A stretch of DNA of 64,000 bases from Octopus vulgaris (lineage: Eukaryota). Shown here one piece after another: positions 12,549-24,846 of this stretch; the first letter of the stretch is position 1; each line of letters begins with the position of its first letter. The stretch covers positions 56,916,001-56,980,000 of the forward strand of contig OX597823.1 of assembly GCA_951406725.2 (NCBI GenBank), read 5' to 3'. The translations under genes were made by a program, and so were the position numbers. Below the pieces are notes generated by a model, which was not told the origin of the DNA, did not search any database, and saw nothing but the letters and a program-made list of their open reading frames with translations.

Positions 12549-13657
12549 TAGAGAAGAACCACCATGAAGCAATTCAACAATGATATACTTAAATCATACT
12601 ATATATAGAAAAAAATTAAATATACTATAAAACACTTACCTAAAACTAAATAAATTACGAAATATTAAATATTAAATATTAAATATATAAATTGAATTAA
12701 TTATATAATAAGTTTAAGTAATTTGTGTGAATATTTGAACTAGTTTTCTATATTTAATTCCTGTAGTTATAATTTGTAGTAGTATTATGTATATAAGTTA
12801 GCATGAAGTTTTTGTAGTATATATTACATAATTAGAATAAGATTAAACTTAAATTTTTATTAAATAAATACATAAATAAATAATTTAATGGGTATAGATT
12901 AAATTATAGTAATTTAGCTTCACTTAATGTATATTATGTATTTTAAATATTTTGTTTTAAATATTTTATTTTAATTACTTGTACTTTAATTTTCCAATAA
13001 TGATATACGATAGTTTGATATTTTCTTCTATAAGCTAAAATATATTTTCATAGATAAAATACATATTTCTATCTATTTATTCTATTTTTTAATTACACCA
13101 CGTTTTTAACGAGATAAATTTATTATAAGCACCAAGTTATACGTATTAATTTTAAAGATTTAGTTAACAGAATATATTCAATAAGATAAGTCATGTTTTT
13201 ATTTTAAGATATTTTCAGATATATTTTAAGATATATTGTTGAATTTTGTTTGATTTTATTGTAAAATTAAGTATTTTTATATATATTTACCTTTTCTTAT
13301 AAGATAATATACGTACATATATTTAATTATTTTATTGCTTTTATCTTAGTCCTGATGAGTGACTATATTTAAATTGAATTGATTTTATTATCAATTTGAA
13401 AATATAGCCACGAAACACGTGTAGTCTATTTACTAATTACATACTATTTATTTATTATTTAGTACTTTATTTAGTTTTAGGTAAATGTTTTATTGTATCT
13501 TTAATTTTTTTAATATCGTATGATTTAAGTATATCATTGTTGAATTGCTTCATGGTGGTTCTTCTCTAATTTATATACATGTGAAATTTTATTTAGTATT
13601 ACTAAATTGAATTTTTCCCTGTAAGTTTAGAATCATATTCCCTAATATTAATACAAT
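12540..13657 (+). mobile_element. Non-coding AT-rich PLE-like element with ~115-bp inverted terminal segments and a hammerhead motif
   Basis: 12540-12654 is the reverse complement of about 13467-13577 (GAGAAGAACCACCATGAAGCAATTCAACAATGATATACTTAAATCATAC); (TA)n on both sides. Confidence 0.7.
13347..13428 (+). ncRNA. Type I hammerhead ribozyme motif with a long stem II
   Basis: tagtc-CTGATGA-gtgactatattt..aaattga/tcaattt..aaatatagccac-GAAA-cacgtg-TA-gtcta; palindromic stem III ACACGTGT; GUA triplet; one mismatch in stem I. Confidence 0.75.
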
Positions 13658-14101
13658 ATATATATATATATATGAATGTGTGTGTATGTGTGTGTATATA
13701 TATGTATACATACACACACATACATATATGTATAATAATGATTGAATTCGATATCAGCTATATCCCAGAAGGCAGTGCACCGGGATACCACACTCCAAAG
13801 AATGAAACCAGTGAGGTATTAGAATAATATTTCTTTGCACGGAACTCTCAGACCTTGAGTCATTCCTGTTGTTTCATGCACACAAACAGGTACATAAGTA
13901 AAAACGAGTCAAACAAAATACATGTTCTTGACCTAATTCTTTTTAAAGCAAGATATTGATACTCATACGAGACATTTCGAATTTAGATTCTTAATTGCCT
14001 AATCACCTCTTACGATCAGGTAAACCCAGGACACCTAAGCATACACACACACACATACACGCACATATATATATATGTATATACACGCATTCATACACTG
14101 T

Positions 14102-14162
<61 letters not shown>

Positions 14163-15525
14163 CGAAATGTTCTCTGTCTCCGTATGCCCGTATGCTCCTT
14201 ATTTCTTGTTTTTCACATTATCGATTTTCGCTTTACATTTTAGATTTTAGTCTTTGTTCGTTTATTCTTGTGCTTTATGTGTTTCATTTCCCCCCTTTTA
14301 TTAGCATTTATATTCAGTTTTTTTTTAACCTGTCTTATTTTTTTGTTCATCTAATTATTTTTACGTCTTACATATTCTCTTTTATATATTTCACAGCTCA
14401 ATTTTTTTCTACGTTTTTTATCTCTTATACGTCTTTCATTTCTTAATTTTACGTTTTTAATATTTTGTTCTTTGTCTGTCCTAAGTCGTTCATTTCTTGT
14501 TTTATGAATTTTTCATATCTTATTTTTTGTCTTAATTTTATCCAATATATTTCGTGACCTGCATCTGCTTTATGTTTTCATCTTCTTTTTATGTTTTATA
14601 CTATGCCGCTTTTTATCTATTTTAAATTTTTCATTTCAGTTTTTTTCGTCATATTTTTATTATTCTTTACCTACTTTACGTCTTTAATTTCTTTTTACGA
14701 TTTACATATTTTATATTTATTTATTTTTACGTGTTATATTACGCATTTCTACGTTTTTATATATTTCCCTACTTTCGATAGTTATTCTTATATTCATTTA
14801 CAGATTTCAAATGTAAGGCTGCGTCAAAGATAGCAAAGACAGTTCTTCTTCAAGGATTTTACTCGGTCGTACAATTCCTCGCTCAGAGACCAATGAAATG
14901 CGTACAAAACTGAAAAGAAATGCTTTCTACATATTTTATCTATGTATTTTTCACACCCTTTCACACACAGGGACGCGACTTGCCACATCAGCATAATAAT
15001 TCGAACGCACTCATTTTGCAAATTCTTATTTTAAGGACTTAAATTCATATAAAGTTGTGATTTAAATGCCCGACATATTTAGAACTCCAAGAATATCCTT
15101 ATATACCGATATATCGAAAGAGAAATCTCCGAGAACTCGTGTATATTTCAAGTTTCCTTTCACTCGTCTCCCTCGTTCACGAAGTTCAAAGAGTACATAC
15201 AGAACCTCCTCCCCTTGGAGTGGAAACTCATATACTATTTAATTACGCCATTATACAGTCTTGTGAGTGGATTTATAAAATATAATTGTCACAGTGACAA
15301 CATGTCTAATTGTGCATTTCGAATCAGTTAATTTTTCGAAATCTTCTATTCGTAGGAAATTCATACCAACTCATATATTTGCTATGATACGCTGACGAGC
15401 TGAAGACCTAGAAAGATTGTGATTTATCTATGTTATAAGTTTTGATAGTTCATTACATGTATGTATGTATGTATGTATGTATGTATGTATGTATGTATGT
15501 ATGTATGTATGCACTAGGCTATGCG

Positions 15526-15571
<46 letters not shown>

Positions 15572-16242
15572 TATATATAAATGCATATATGTGTGCATGT
15601 ATATGGTTGTGTGTGCGCGTACGTGTGCATGTGCGTTTGTATGTGTGTGTGTGTATTCCCTTTTGCTTCTTTACGTCTATTTGTGTCATATATTTTCCTT
15701 CTTTATCTGTTTGGCAACTATACTTTCTCATATTTCATATGTATTTTTCGGCTTTGGCAGTTTTGAGTTACACGATATTTTTTTTGGTACGTCATACGTA
15801 TTCAAATATTTTGACTGCCTTGTAATATATTTTCCCGAAATTTTTTTAAGTATTTGGGGTTTCGAATTTACAACTTATATTCGACGTTTACATCTATCCA
15901 TCCATCATTTCATACATTCATACATACATACAAACATACATACGTACATACATACATAATACATACATATGTATATACATACATACATACATACATACAT
16001 ACATACATACATACATACATACATACATACATACATACATGCGTACATGCAAATCCTTAATTCATATGCTACAGACAATCACTATATCTGGGACTATAAA
16101 TGTCTGAAAGACCTTCTTAAGTTTTAAAGGGTGATGAATAAAAGAAGGTACTTTCCTTCACAACCTCACTACCTACTTGGTGGCTGATCAAAATTTACTC
16201 TAAATTTAAAAGGAGGAAGAGAAAAACATACATACATAAATA

Positions 16243-17446
16243 CAGGTTGCGTAAGATATTTAACGGCAGATTTATACTTGTATAAAATAGATATATAATA
16301 ACATAAATTTATTTATCAACATATGCTACGAGGATAAAAATAAGTCTTTTCTATAATGTTATTCAATAAAGCCACCTTCAGTTTTCAACAACGGCTTCTA
16401 TATGAGATCTAAATCATCTACATGCTCGAATCAAGTGGTCCTGGTTCATTTTGGACATTACTCGGACTATGGTAGCTTTCAAAGAATCTTTGGTGTTATG
16501 GGCATATTCATTGACCTATCTCTCGACAACGTTTCCTATGCAATAGCCCAATGGAGTGGGGTCTGGGGAATTAGGAGGCCAAATGTTACTAGAGCCGTGT
16601 ATGACAGTGCACAGTCTTACTGAAACACATATGGCTTTCCATTGCATACACTGTCTATCCAGGGTTTAACAATTATATCCAGGACGTCATATAGACGGCA
16701 GAGTTAACTCTAGGGCATTGCGGAAAGAAATAAGGAGGCATCACATGTCCTTTATTGCTGACAACCCCTAAAGCCATGACAGTTGCAGGAAATTTTGTAT
16801 GCATAACACTTGGAACTTCAGAAGGGTCGGCACATAACCATGTGTCATTTCATCTGTTAACCTTTTGATCTTGGTCGAAGTTTTTCTTGTTTGAGAAACA
16901 CCAAATCAAATCTTCTGTTGGATTTTTCAGTTTATTTAAGAGTCTTTTCGATCTGATGTAGTGATTTTCTTTTGCTTTTTCTGACAAAATGACCTTTCCT
17001 CATCATGTAATACTTATATCTGATGTCTTCGTTGACAACATTTCTGACTGTTCCTTCTGATACATGGAGATCTGTTACAATTGACCTCATGGACTTTCTG
17101 GGATTGTAATCAATGGTCTGTTGAACTTGCTGGATAAATTCAGGTGTTCTGATGATTTCAGAGCGTTTAAAATGTTTTTTTATGCTTTGATACTGGTGAT
17201 GCGCTTCCATCTTCATTCTCTAACTCCTTACAAACTTTGCAGACGAAAAATCTGGCGACTTTTAAAAGTCGAGATATTTCTAAATCGCTGGATTTAGACT
17301 ATAAAATCCCAATAAAAGGAAATCTCTTCATTTCTTGAGTAAGCTGAGAGCCTGCCATTATTATTTTCTGAAACAAATATTATAGAGTGTTAGCAATGCA
17401 GCAATGACACAAAAGAGCTAAGCCCTCAAATACTTTACGCACCCTG
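16243..17446 (-). mobile_element. Decayed Tc1/mariner transposon, maT (DD37D)-like
   Basis: TIRs CAGGTTGCGTAAGATATTT / AAATACTTTACGCACCCTG with TA flanks; remnants RTPEFIQQVQQTI..PRKSMR, FSNKKNF, TKFPATVMALGVVS, YVFQ*D, IWPPNSPD; stops and an internal deletion. Confidence 0.85.
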
Positions 17447-17489
17447 TACTGTATACATATACACATATAGTATATATTATATCGTATTA

Positions 17490-17650
<161 letters not shown>

Positions 17651-17736
17651 GTAAGTATGTATGTATGTAAACAGGGTTATTAAAAAAGAATGAACCAATT
17701 TCATTACGCAATATTTTTTAATAAGGAAAGCAATAG

Positions 17737-17802
17737 AAAGAATATGTTTGCACATGCGCAAGTATTATGTATAATACTTGCGCATGTGCAAACATATTCT
17801 TT
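17737..17802. repeat. Perfect 32-bp-arm hairpin with a 2-nt loop
   Basis: AAAGAATATGTTTGCACATGCGCAAGTATTAT-gt-ATAATACTTGCGCATGTGCAAACATATTCTTT. Confidence 0.95.
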
Positions 17803-18014
17803 TACTTGTTTCAGTCATTTGATTGCGGTCATTCTGGAGCACCTTGAATTTTTTTAGTCGAATGAATCGAGACCAGTACTTATTTTCTAAGCCTGATACT
17901 CATTCATTTGCTGAACCGCTAGTTTGCGGGGGTTGAAAATACACCAACACCGGTTGTCAGGCGTTGATGGTGGGGACAAACACAGACACAAATGTACACA
18001 CATACATACACACA

Positions 18015-18066
<52 letters not shown>

Positions 18067-18229
18067 TACGACGGGTTTCTTCCAGTTTCTGAGTTTCTGC
18101 TTACTAAATCTATTCACAGGGATCTGGTCGGCCCGAGGCTATATTAGAATACATTTGCCCGACGTGACATGCAGTGGGACTGACCTGAAACCATGTGGTT
18201 GGGAAACAATCTTCTTACTACACAGCCGA
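17801..18229 (-). mobile_element. SINE family B with an internal (CA)n
   Basis: Same tail, body and head as 11218-11733. Confidence 0.85.
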
Positions 18230-18268
18230 GTATATACGTATATACATACATGCATACATATATATATA

Positions 18269-18643
18269 TATTTAATATAATATAAATTGGACATGGGCGA
18301 TCGTTGTATTCTTTCTTGTCTTAAGGTTCACAGCCAAATGGCTGGGTGAATTCGTATGAAAAATGGCACACATGTGGAGACGGGTGCATAGATTGGAATG
18401 CGGTTTGTATTTTTTTTCCTAGCCACCATACTTACCGAGAAAATCGATGAAAACGTTTTCTAATTGAATTCCCCTGTTTGTTCCGCCCTTAAAACAACCA
18501 GTTGCTCACGCAGCCGGCATGTACCATTTTGCTAGCAACAAGGGAAGTACAGGATGACAGCCAAAACTTTCGCTATGCTTTCGCTCTTCTTTCATCTCAC
18601 GCACACACACAAACACACACACACACGCACACATACACACACA

Positions 18644-18694
<51 letters not shown>

Positions 18695-19003
18695 CCATTT
18701 CATATATCTTCTTTCAATTTCTACTCAGCAAATGTTCATAAATCACTGTTTTAATGATTGGACAGAAGTCCAATAGAATACTTCTCACAAACAGGCTACG
18801 TACAAATTCGTTCTTCACAATTCCTGAAGCTATTTTCTGACAAGGGAATGGGGTCGGGAAATTTTCATACAGCTGGAAGCTCCAGTCGAAACAGGGGACC
18901 CGAAATGATAAGGTTGAGAAACGCTGTTATAGATTATGCCTAACTGAAAACGATCACAGCCACATAAGCCAAACACACCGGGTGAAACCGGGCTTAGCTG
19001 CTA

Positions 19004-19004
<1 letters not shown>
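18269..19004 (+). mobile_element. Probable non-autonomous Helitron
   Basis: 3' end is a GC hairpin CCGGGTGAAACCGGG followed by CTAG|T at 19001-19005. The 5' end resembles the T(C)TATATAATATAAA..CACAGCCAAATGGCTGGGTGAATT..GAAAAATGGCACAC starts of Helitron-like MITEs but is degenerate. Confidence 0.55.
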
Positions 19005-19050
<46 letters not shown>

Positions 19051-20101
19051 TTTATGTATATTATAATGTTTGTGCTTGTCCCCCACCGTTGCTGGTTTAT
19101 CTATGTCGCCTAAACCTAGAGCTTTGGTGAAAACATCCGACAGAATTAATACCAGACTTAAAATAATCAGTGGGTGGCGTTGATATGCTGGACAAAAAGC
19201 TTTTAAGTCAGTGCTCTAGCATGGCCGCAGCCTAATAGCTGAAACATATACAAGGGAGAAGGTAAAGATGCTTCAATCGATTTTACATTTCCATTTTTCA
19301 TGTTAACTTTGCAGATGCACATACGCACACACACACATACACACACACACACACAGACACACACACACACACGTTTCCACTCTCTCTCACACACACTCAT
19401 ACATGATGCTCTCTCTCTTGAAATGTTTTAAGATCTTTTAGTCTCTTTTTATCATAAAATGACGTTTTTGTTTTCATGTCTCAGTTTTTTTTTTCAGCAT
19501 TACATAGCGCACAACTTATGCTTTATTTTTTTTCACATGTTATATAACTTGTCTCGTTTATATTGTCATCGTCATTCATACTTTGTTTCCTGTTATGTAC
19601 GTCTATCCTTTATTTAATGCTTTTCATTTTTGCTTTTCATCTTTCATATAATTTTCACCTTATTCCTTTTACGTCTCCCATTTTTATGTTTAATATATAT
19701 TTATATTTTATCTATTCTACAATTACAAATTCTTTTTATTTTGACCACTAATAATTTTTCATAATTATATACCATTTTATGATTCAAAAATAAAGCTATC
19801 TTGTATGTCATTTTTTTCTCTATAAGTTTTCCGTCTCACATTTCATTGTGCTTATTTCTCCTATACTCGATATAATTTCCTCTTTTCCTCTTGTGCGTTA
19901 TTGAATTTCATTATTTGTGTATTTTTTCTTCTCTAGCTTCGACTACGTCTTTCGTTTTCTTTTGGCATTTTACTTCTTTTCCTATATCTACTTATGTCTT
20001 TTGGTTATCCTTTTCACATACTTTTTCACTTATTTTTTTCTCTCTTGCTTTTATACATACATATATACGTACACATACACACACACACGCTCACACACAC
20101 A

Positions 20102-20141
<40 letters not shown>

Positions 20142-20271
20142 TGCCTGTGTGTATATATGTGTATAATTTTCCCTACTTCGATACAACGCTAATACTTAAT
20201 TTTTATATATTTTGATTTACCTTTCATCTATATTACAAAATTCGTTTCTAACTTTTCCGGCGTCTACAACG

Positions 20272-20309
<38 letters not shown>

Positions 20310-20362
20310 TATATATATATATATCTGTGCATATACATATATATGTATATTTATATATATAC

Positions 20363-20404
<42 letters not shown>

Positions 20405-20408
20405 GTGC

Positions 20409-20498
<90 letters not shown>

Positions 20499-20583
20499 AA
20501 GGGTGGAAAGGAACACACGAGTTGATATATATGAAAAAACAAGTCAAAAATAGAAAATGCTAAGATGATTTTATAGTGAATCT

Positions 20584-20626
20584 TTCAGTACCGGTTTCGG
20601 TCATTTTGAGACCTTTTCAACTGTAA
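20584..20626 (-). ncRNA. Minimal hammerhead motif with a U3-A8 core variant
   Basis: Minus strand ttacag-TTGAAAA-ggtc-tcaaaat-gacc-GAAA-ccgg-TA-ctgaa; lies in a ~250-bp module between (TA)n tracts. Confidence 0.65.
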
Positions 20627-20817
20627 CGATTAAATAATTACATTTAGAAAAATTTAGAAAAATTAGAAGAAAGGTTTTTTTAAAGGAATACTTCCATAGT
20701 AGTGTTCAGATATAGGTGGCATTCTGCCTTTCTCTGACTCCCTTGTTTGCACTTGTATATATATATATACATGTACACATATAGTATATATTATATCGTA
20801 TTATCTGTCTGTCTATC

Positions 20818-20932
<115 letters not shown>

Positions 20933-20957
20933 GTAAGTATGTATGTATGTATGTAAA

Positions 20958-21451
20958 TAGGGTTATTAAAAAAGAATGAACCGATTTCATTACGCAATAT
21001 TTTTTAATAAGGAAAGCAATAGAAAGCTCCAGCTAAGTCTTTACTCACAATCAACTTTTATTTCCTGTCTTACAAGTGTTCAATGAGGCCATTACCTGCA
21101 GCACGAACAACATCAATGTGATAAGAGAATTCCACCCAGACGCCATATCACGATCCTCTGAGTACTTCTTAGGCTGTCTGCTTGAATGCTTTATCGAAGT
21201 TTTTCCATTTCCCTTCTATGTCAATATCATCTGGAATCGCCTCAACCAAAGCAAATTTATTCTCTAGTTCCATAGTTCAATATCTCATTGATGTAGCTTG
21301 TGGTGCTGATGATGGCCACATTCGGCACTTGTAAGACAGGTAATAAAAGTTGATTGTGAGTAAATACTTGTGACTTAGCTGGAGTTTTCTTTTGCTTTTC
21401 TTATTAAAATATTACGTAATGATATCGGTTCATTCTTTTTCAAGAACTCTG
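20958..21451. mobile_element. Tc1/mariner-derived MITE with ~170-bp TIRs
   Basis: (C/T)AGGGTTATTAAAAAAGAATGAACCGAT ... ATCGGTTCATTCTTTTTCAAGAACTCTG; both arms encode a transposase-like C-terminus (DVVRAAGNGLIEHL*, DVACGADDGHIRHL*). Confidence 0.8.
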
Positions 21452-22219
21452 TGTGTGTATATATATATATACATAAGAAAAAAAAAGAAAATGGAGACTG
21501 GGAAGTTAATAATTGTTTATTATTAACACCAAATTAATCATTAGCCCTTACAGCTGTTTCAGTAAATATTAAGTAAATATTAAATTTATACGACCTGAGT
21601 ATGATACCTTCAGAATGAAAACTATATACATTTGGATGTTTCATATGTGGTTATGGAATACTTATAAGCAGTATCAGTCAGTCTTCTATAATGAATCCAT
21701 AAACACATATAAAACATTCAAGAGTATAATTTTTTTCCCTCTGAAGATTTTAAGAATATCGATGTTGCGCGGACTAATGTCAGACCCCAAAATGGAGCTA
21801 GCAGTCTGGCCTATCGGCCACGTGGGAGGAAAAGAGAGAGAAAAATAGAAGCAGAGGAACAAAAGAATTAATGAGGGGAAAAGAGAAGAGACAGAGTTGT
21901 AGAAGCAGATGGACTCTTCCCTATGTTTGTGAAAGTTTTGTGTCTATGCCGTAAGGCTTCATTTCCACACACGCCAGCTGAATTCAATTCGTCTCCAATC
22001 GAAAGACACCTGTTGTTATGTCCTGTTATTATTATTTTTATTGTATTTTTATTGTATTTATATTGTATTTATATTTGTATAATATTGTCTGTTTTTCCGT
22101 TCTTGTTTTATTGTATCGTCCATCTGGATGTTTTGTTATCCGTTTTAGTATCACCTAGCTGTCCGGATGTTTTGCGGCCTTGTCCCATTTTGTATTATAT
22201 ATATACATATATATATATA

Positions 22220-22460
22220 GTAAATCAAGAAAAAAAAAACGAAGAGCAAACACACAGAAATAGCAACAACGCGAGTACGTTGTACATGTAAAGTATTAAC
22301 AGACGCTCAGAGAAGGAAAGAAAGGTGGTTTTACGTTTCGAGCAGAGCTCTTCTTCTGAAACAAAAGTTGGAGGAAAGTCGAATAAAAAAAAAAAGGAAG
22401 ACGGAAAAAAAATTGCCAACGATTCACATGTGGTTACATTTTGAAATGACAGGAAGGAAA
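22220..22460 (-). mobile_element. PLE pseudo-LTR-like segment with a hammerhead-like motif (22328-22362)
   Basis: Minus strand gttt-CAGAAGAA-gagc-tct-gctc-GAAA-cg-TA-aaac; related in layout to the 9912 and 59418 modules. Confidence 0.55.
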
Positions 22461-23212
22461 TGGGTGGAGAAAAGTTCTTTCTAAGACAGGAGAGTGTAAG
22501 AGAAAGAGTTATGTGTGGGTATGTGCGTGAGTGTAAGTCTGAGTCTGTGTGTGTAGTAAACTCTGTGTGTGTGTGTGTGTGTGTGTTTATGTGTATTGTG
22601 TGTGGTGCTTGTGCGGTGTTGGCTGTTTATGTGTGTGTGGGAATAAATTTTGTGTCTCTTAATGTTGTAGGAAGCATTCAGCAGCGTGGTAACAGGAGTA
22701 GTGGCCCTTTGTGTAATTGTGTGTCTATTCACGTGCATACAGGACTGGTCAATAGAAAAGTGTTTGACTGGCAGTTTGAAGTATGTATGTGCGTGTGGAA
22801 TTACAACCGTGTTTCGTGGTCTGCTACCACAACATCTCCTTTATAGGATCCAGTTAGCTCAAGACATCATCAGGAGGAACCACGTCCGGTTTCGGCCCCT
22901 ACTCCTCAACCGTTTTGACGTGGCGCCCCCCCCCCTTTCGGAGGTGTCTTCAGCTCTGGTGTTGGGTGCATCTCTTCTTTCTTCTGTTCCCTGGCCTCTT
23001 CGATGTATCGTCAGCGAGTGTCAGCCGGTGACTGACCGTCTTGTCAAATTTCTCCCTTTAAATACCTGCAGCATAAGCTCCAGCAGGCAGCCCCAGCAAG
23101 TTGTCACGTGACATTGTCTCACCTTCGCTTTTGAATTTGGTGGTCATTCTTGCTACCTCGTCGTCAAATTTTTTATAACTCGCCGCGTCATTTGCTTTCG
23201 GCCACTTAACCT

Positions 23213-23945
23213 CTATGCGTGTTCATGTATGTATATGTTGTGTGTATGTGTTTTGTGTATAGTGTATCCATGCACCTGTGTGTGTGCATGTGTGTGTGCA
23301 TGTGAGTGTGAGTATGTATATGTGTGTGTGTGCGTGGGATTATGTGCGATCTTGTGCGTGTATGTGCGTGTGTTTATGTGCATGTAGTTGTGTGAACGTG
23401 TGTGTGTAGTTGTGTGTACGTGTGTGCGTGTGTGTATGTGTGTGTGCAAGTGGTTTGTGTTAGGTATGTATGCGTTTCTGTGCGTGTGTGCGCGTGCGTG
23501 TGTGTGCGTGTGTGCATGTGTGTGTATGTGTGTGTACGTGCGTGTGTGCGCATGGATGTGTGTTGTGTGTGTGTGTATATATGTGTGTGTGTGTGGTGTG
23601 TGGTGTGGGAGTTATATGTGAGGTATGTGTGCGCGTGCGTGTATGCTTGCGCGCGCGTGTGCGAGTGTATGTATGCGTGTATGTGTATGTGTGCGTGTGT
23701 GTATGATCGAACCTGTATGTGAGTGTGTGCGTGGAGTTGTGTTTGTGGAGGTATATGTGCGTTCCTGTGTACGTGCGAGTTTGTGTGTGTGCGTGTATGT
23801 GCGTGTGTATGTGTGTGTACCGGTATGTATGTGTGTTGTGTGTATGTGCGTATGTGTGTGGTGTGTATGGGAGGTATATGTGCATTCGTGTGTGTGCGCG
23901 TGCGTGTATTTGTGCGTGTGTGTATGTATGTGTGCGTGTATACAG
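23213..23945. repeat. Long degenerate (GT)n/(GTAT)n low-complexity tract
   Basis: About 730 bp of interrupted purine-pyrimidine alternation. Confidence 0.9.
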
Positions 23946-24249
23946 AAATACCATATAATAAAAAAGATCGATAAAAAAAGGGAAAAGGGGGATGGGTAGT
24001 AATAAAAAATAAAATAAATAAATAAAAATTACAAAAAATAACAGATACAAGATAAAAAATAAAAAATTAAATAATTAAAATTAAAGGGATAAAATAGAAA
24101 TTAATACAAGTATAAAAACATTAATGCAATTAAAAAGTTTAAAAATCGACGTTAAAAAATCGAAAAAAGGGTTACAGTGTAAAAAAGTAAGTGGATATAA
24201 GAGAAGATAAAATAAGATTGAAAATAAAATAAAATATAAAGTTGCCTTT

Positions 24250-24450
24250 TTAAAGGAGGGTGTAGAGACAGTCGTTGAGTGGAGGCGGGTTGCGTTGAGA
24301 CCGAAAGGAATTTATGTTTCTAGACTGAAAATGTTATACTGTTCCAGGCGGAGTCGCGAGTCTGTGGATCCGTGGTGCAGGGCGAGGTCAAAAACGAAGA
24401 TATTAGCGGTGGAGTGGTTGGTCAAATGGAAACGACGGGCGACGTAGCCA
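24250..24450 (-). pseudogene. Penelope-like GIY-YIG endonuclease C-terminal remnant
   Basis: VARRFHLTNHSTANIFVFDLALHHGSTDSRLRLEQYNIFSLET*IPFGLN matches the PLE pattern V..HF...H...R...EQ..IF.L.T..P.GLN. Confidence 0.75.
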
Positions 24451-24677
24451 AACAACTTATATGCACACTCATATATATTATTTATATTATTATTATTTAA
24501 TTGAACGTCCCGCATCCATTTCCAAGTATATATATATATATATCCTTGACACTTATTTACGGCAAGTGCCTTGCCGTGCGCTCGTAGAAGCTCCTATGCT
24601 ACACGTTGCTAGCTACTGCTCATTAGTCCTATTTTCCCATGTAATCGCATGGGTTTGCTTATGTATGCGGTACTCTG

Positions 24678-24846
24678 TATAGCGTAGCATAAATGTATCA
24701 ACAACGAGAAATTTTTCGGATGAAGATTTTTATATTTTATTAATACATGTGTCATGCACAAACATATGTAACAATGCATTAATAAAATATAAAAATTTGC
24801 ATCCGAAAAGTTTCTCGTTTTTTTTATATATTTATCCTATGGTATA
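24678..24846. repeat. Fold-back inverted repeat with ~70-bp arms
   Basis: AACGAGAAATTTTTCGGATGAAGATTTTTATATTTTATTAAT / ATTAATAAAATATAAAAATTTGCATCCGAAAAGTTTCTCGTT. Confidence 0.85.

Noticed and set aside
21545-21615. GAAACAGCTGTA half-motif on the minus strand
   Set aside because: No matching CUGANGA with a pairing stem II was found; at best a remnant.
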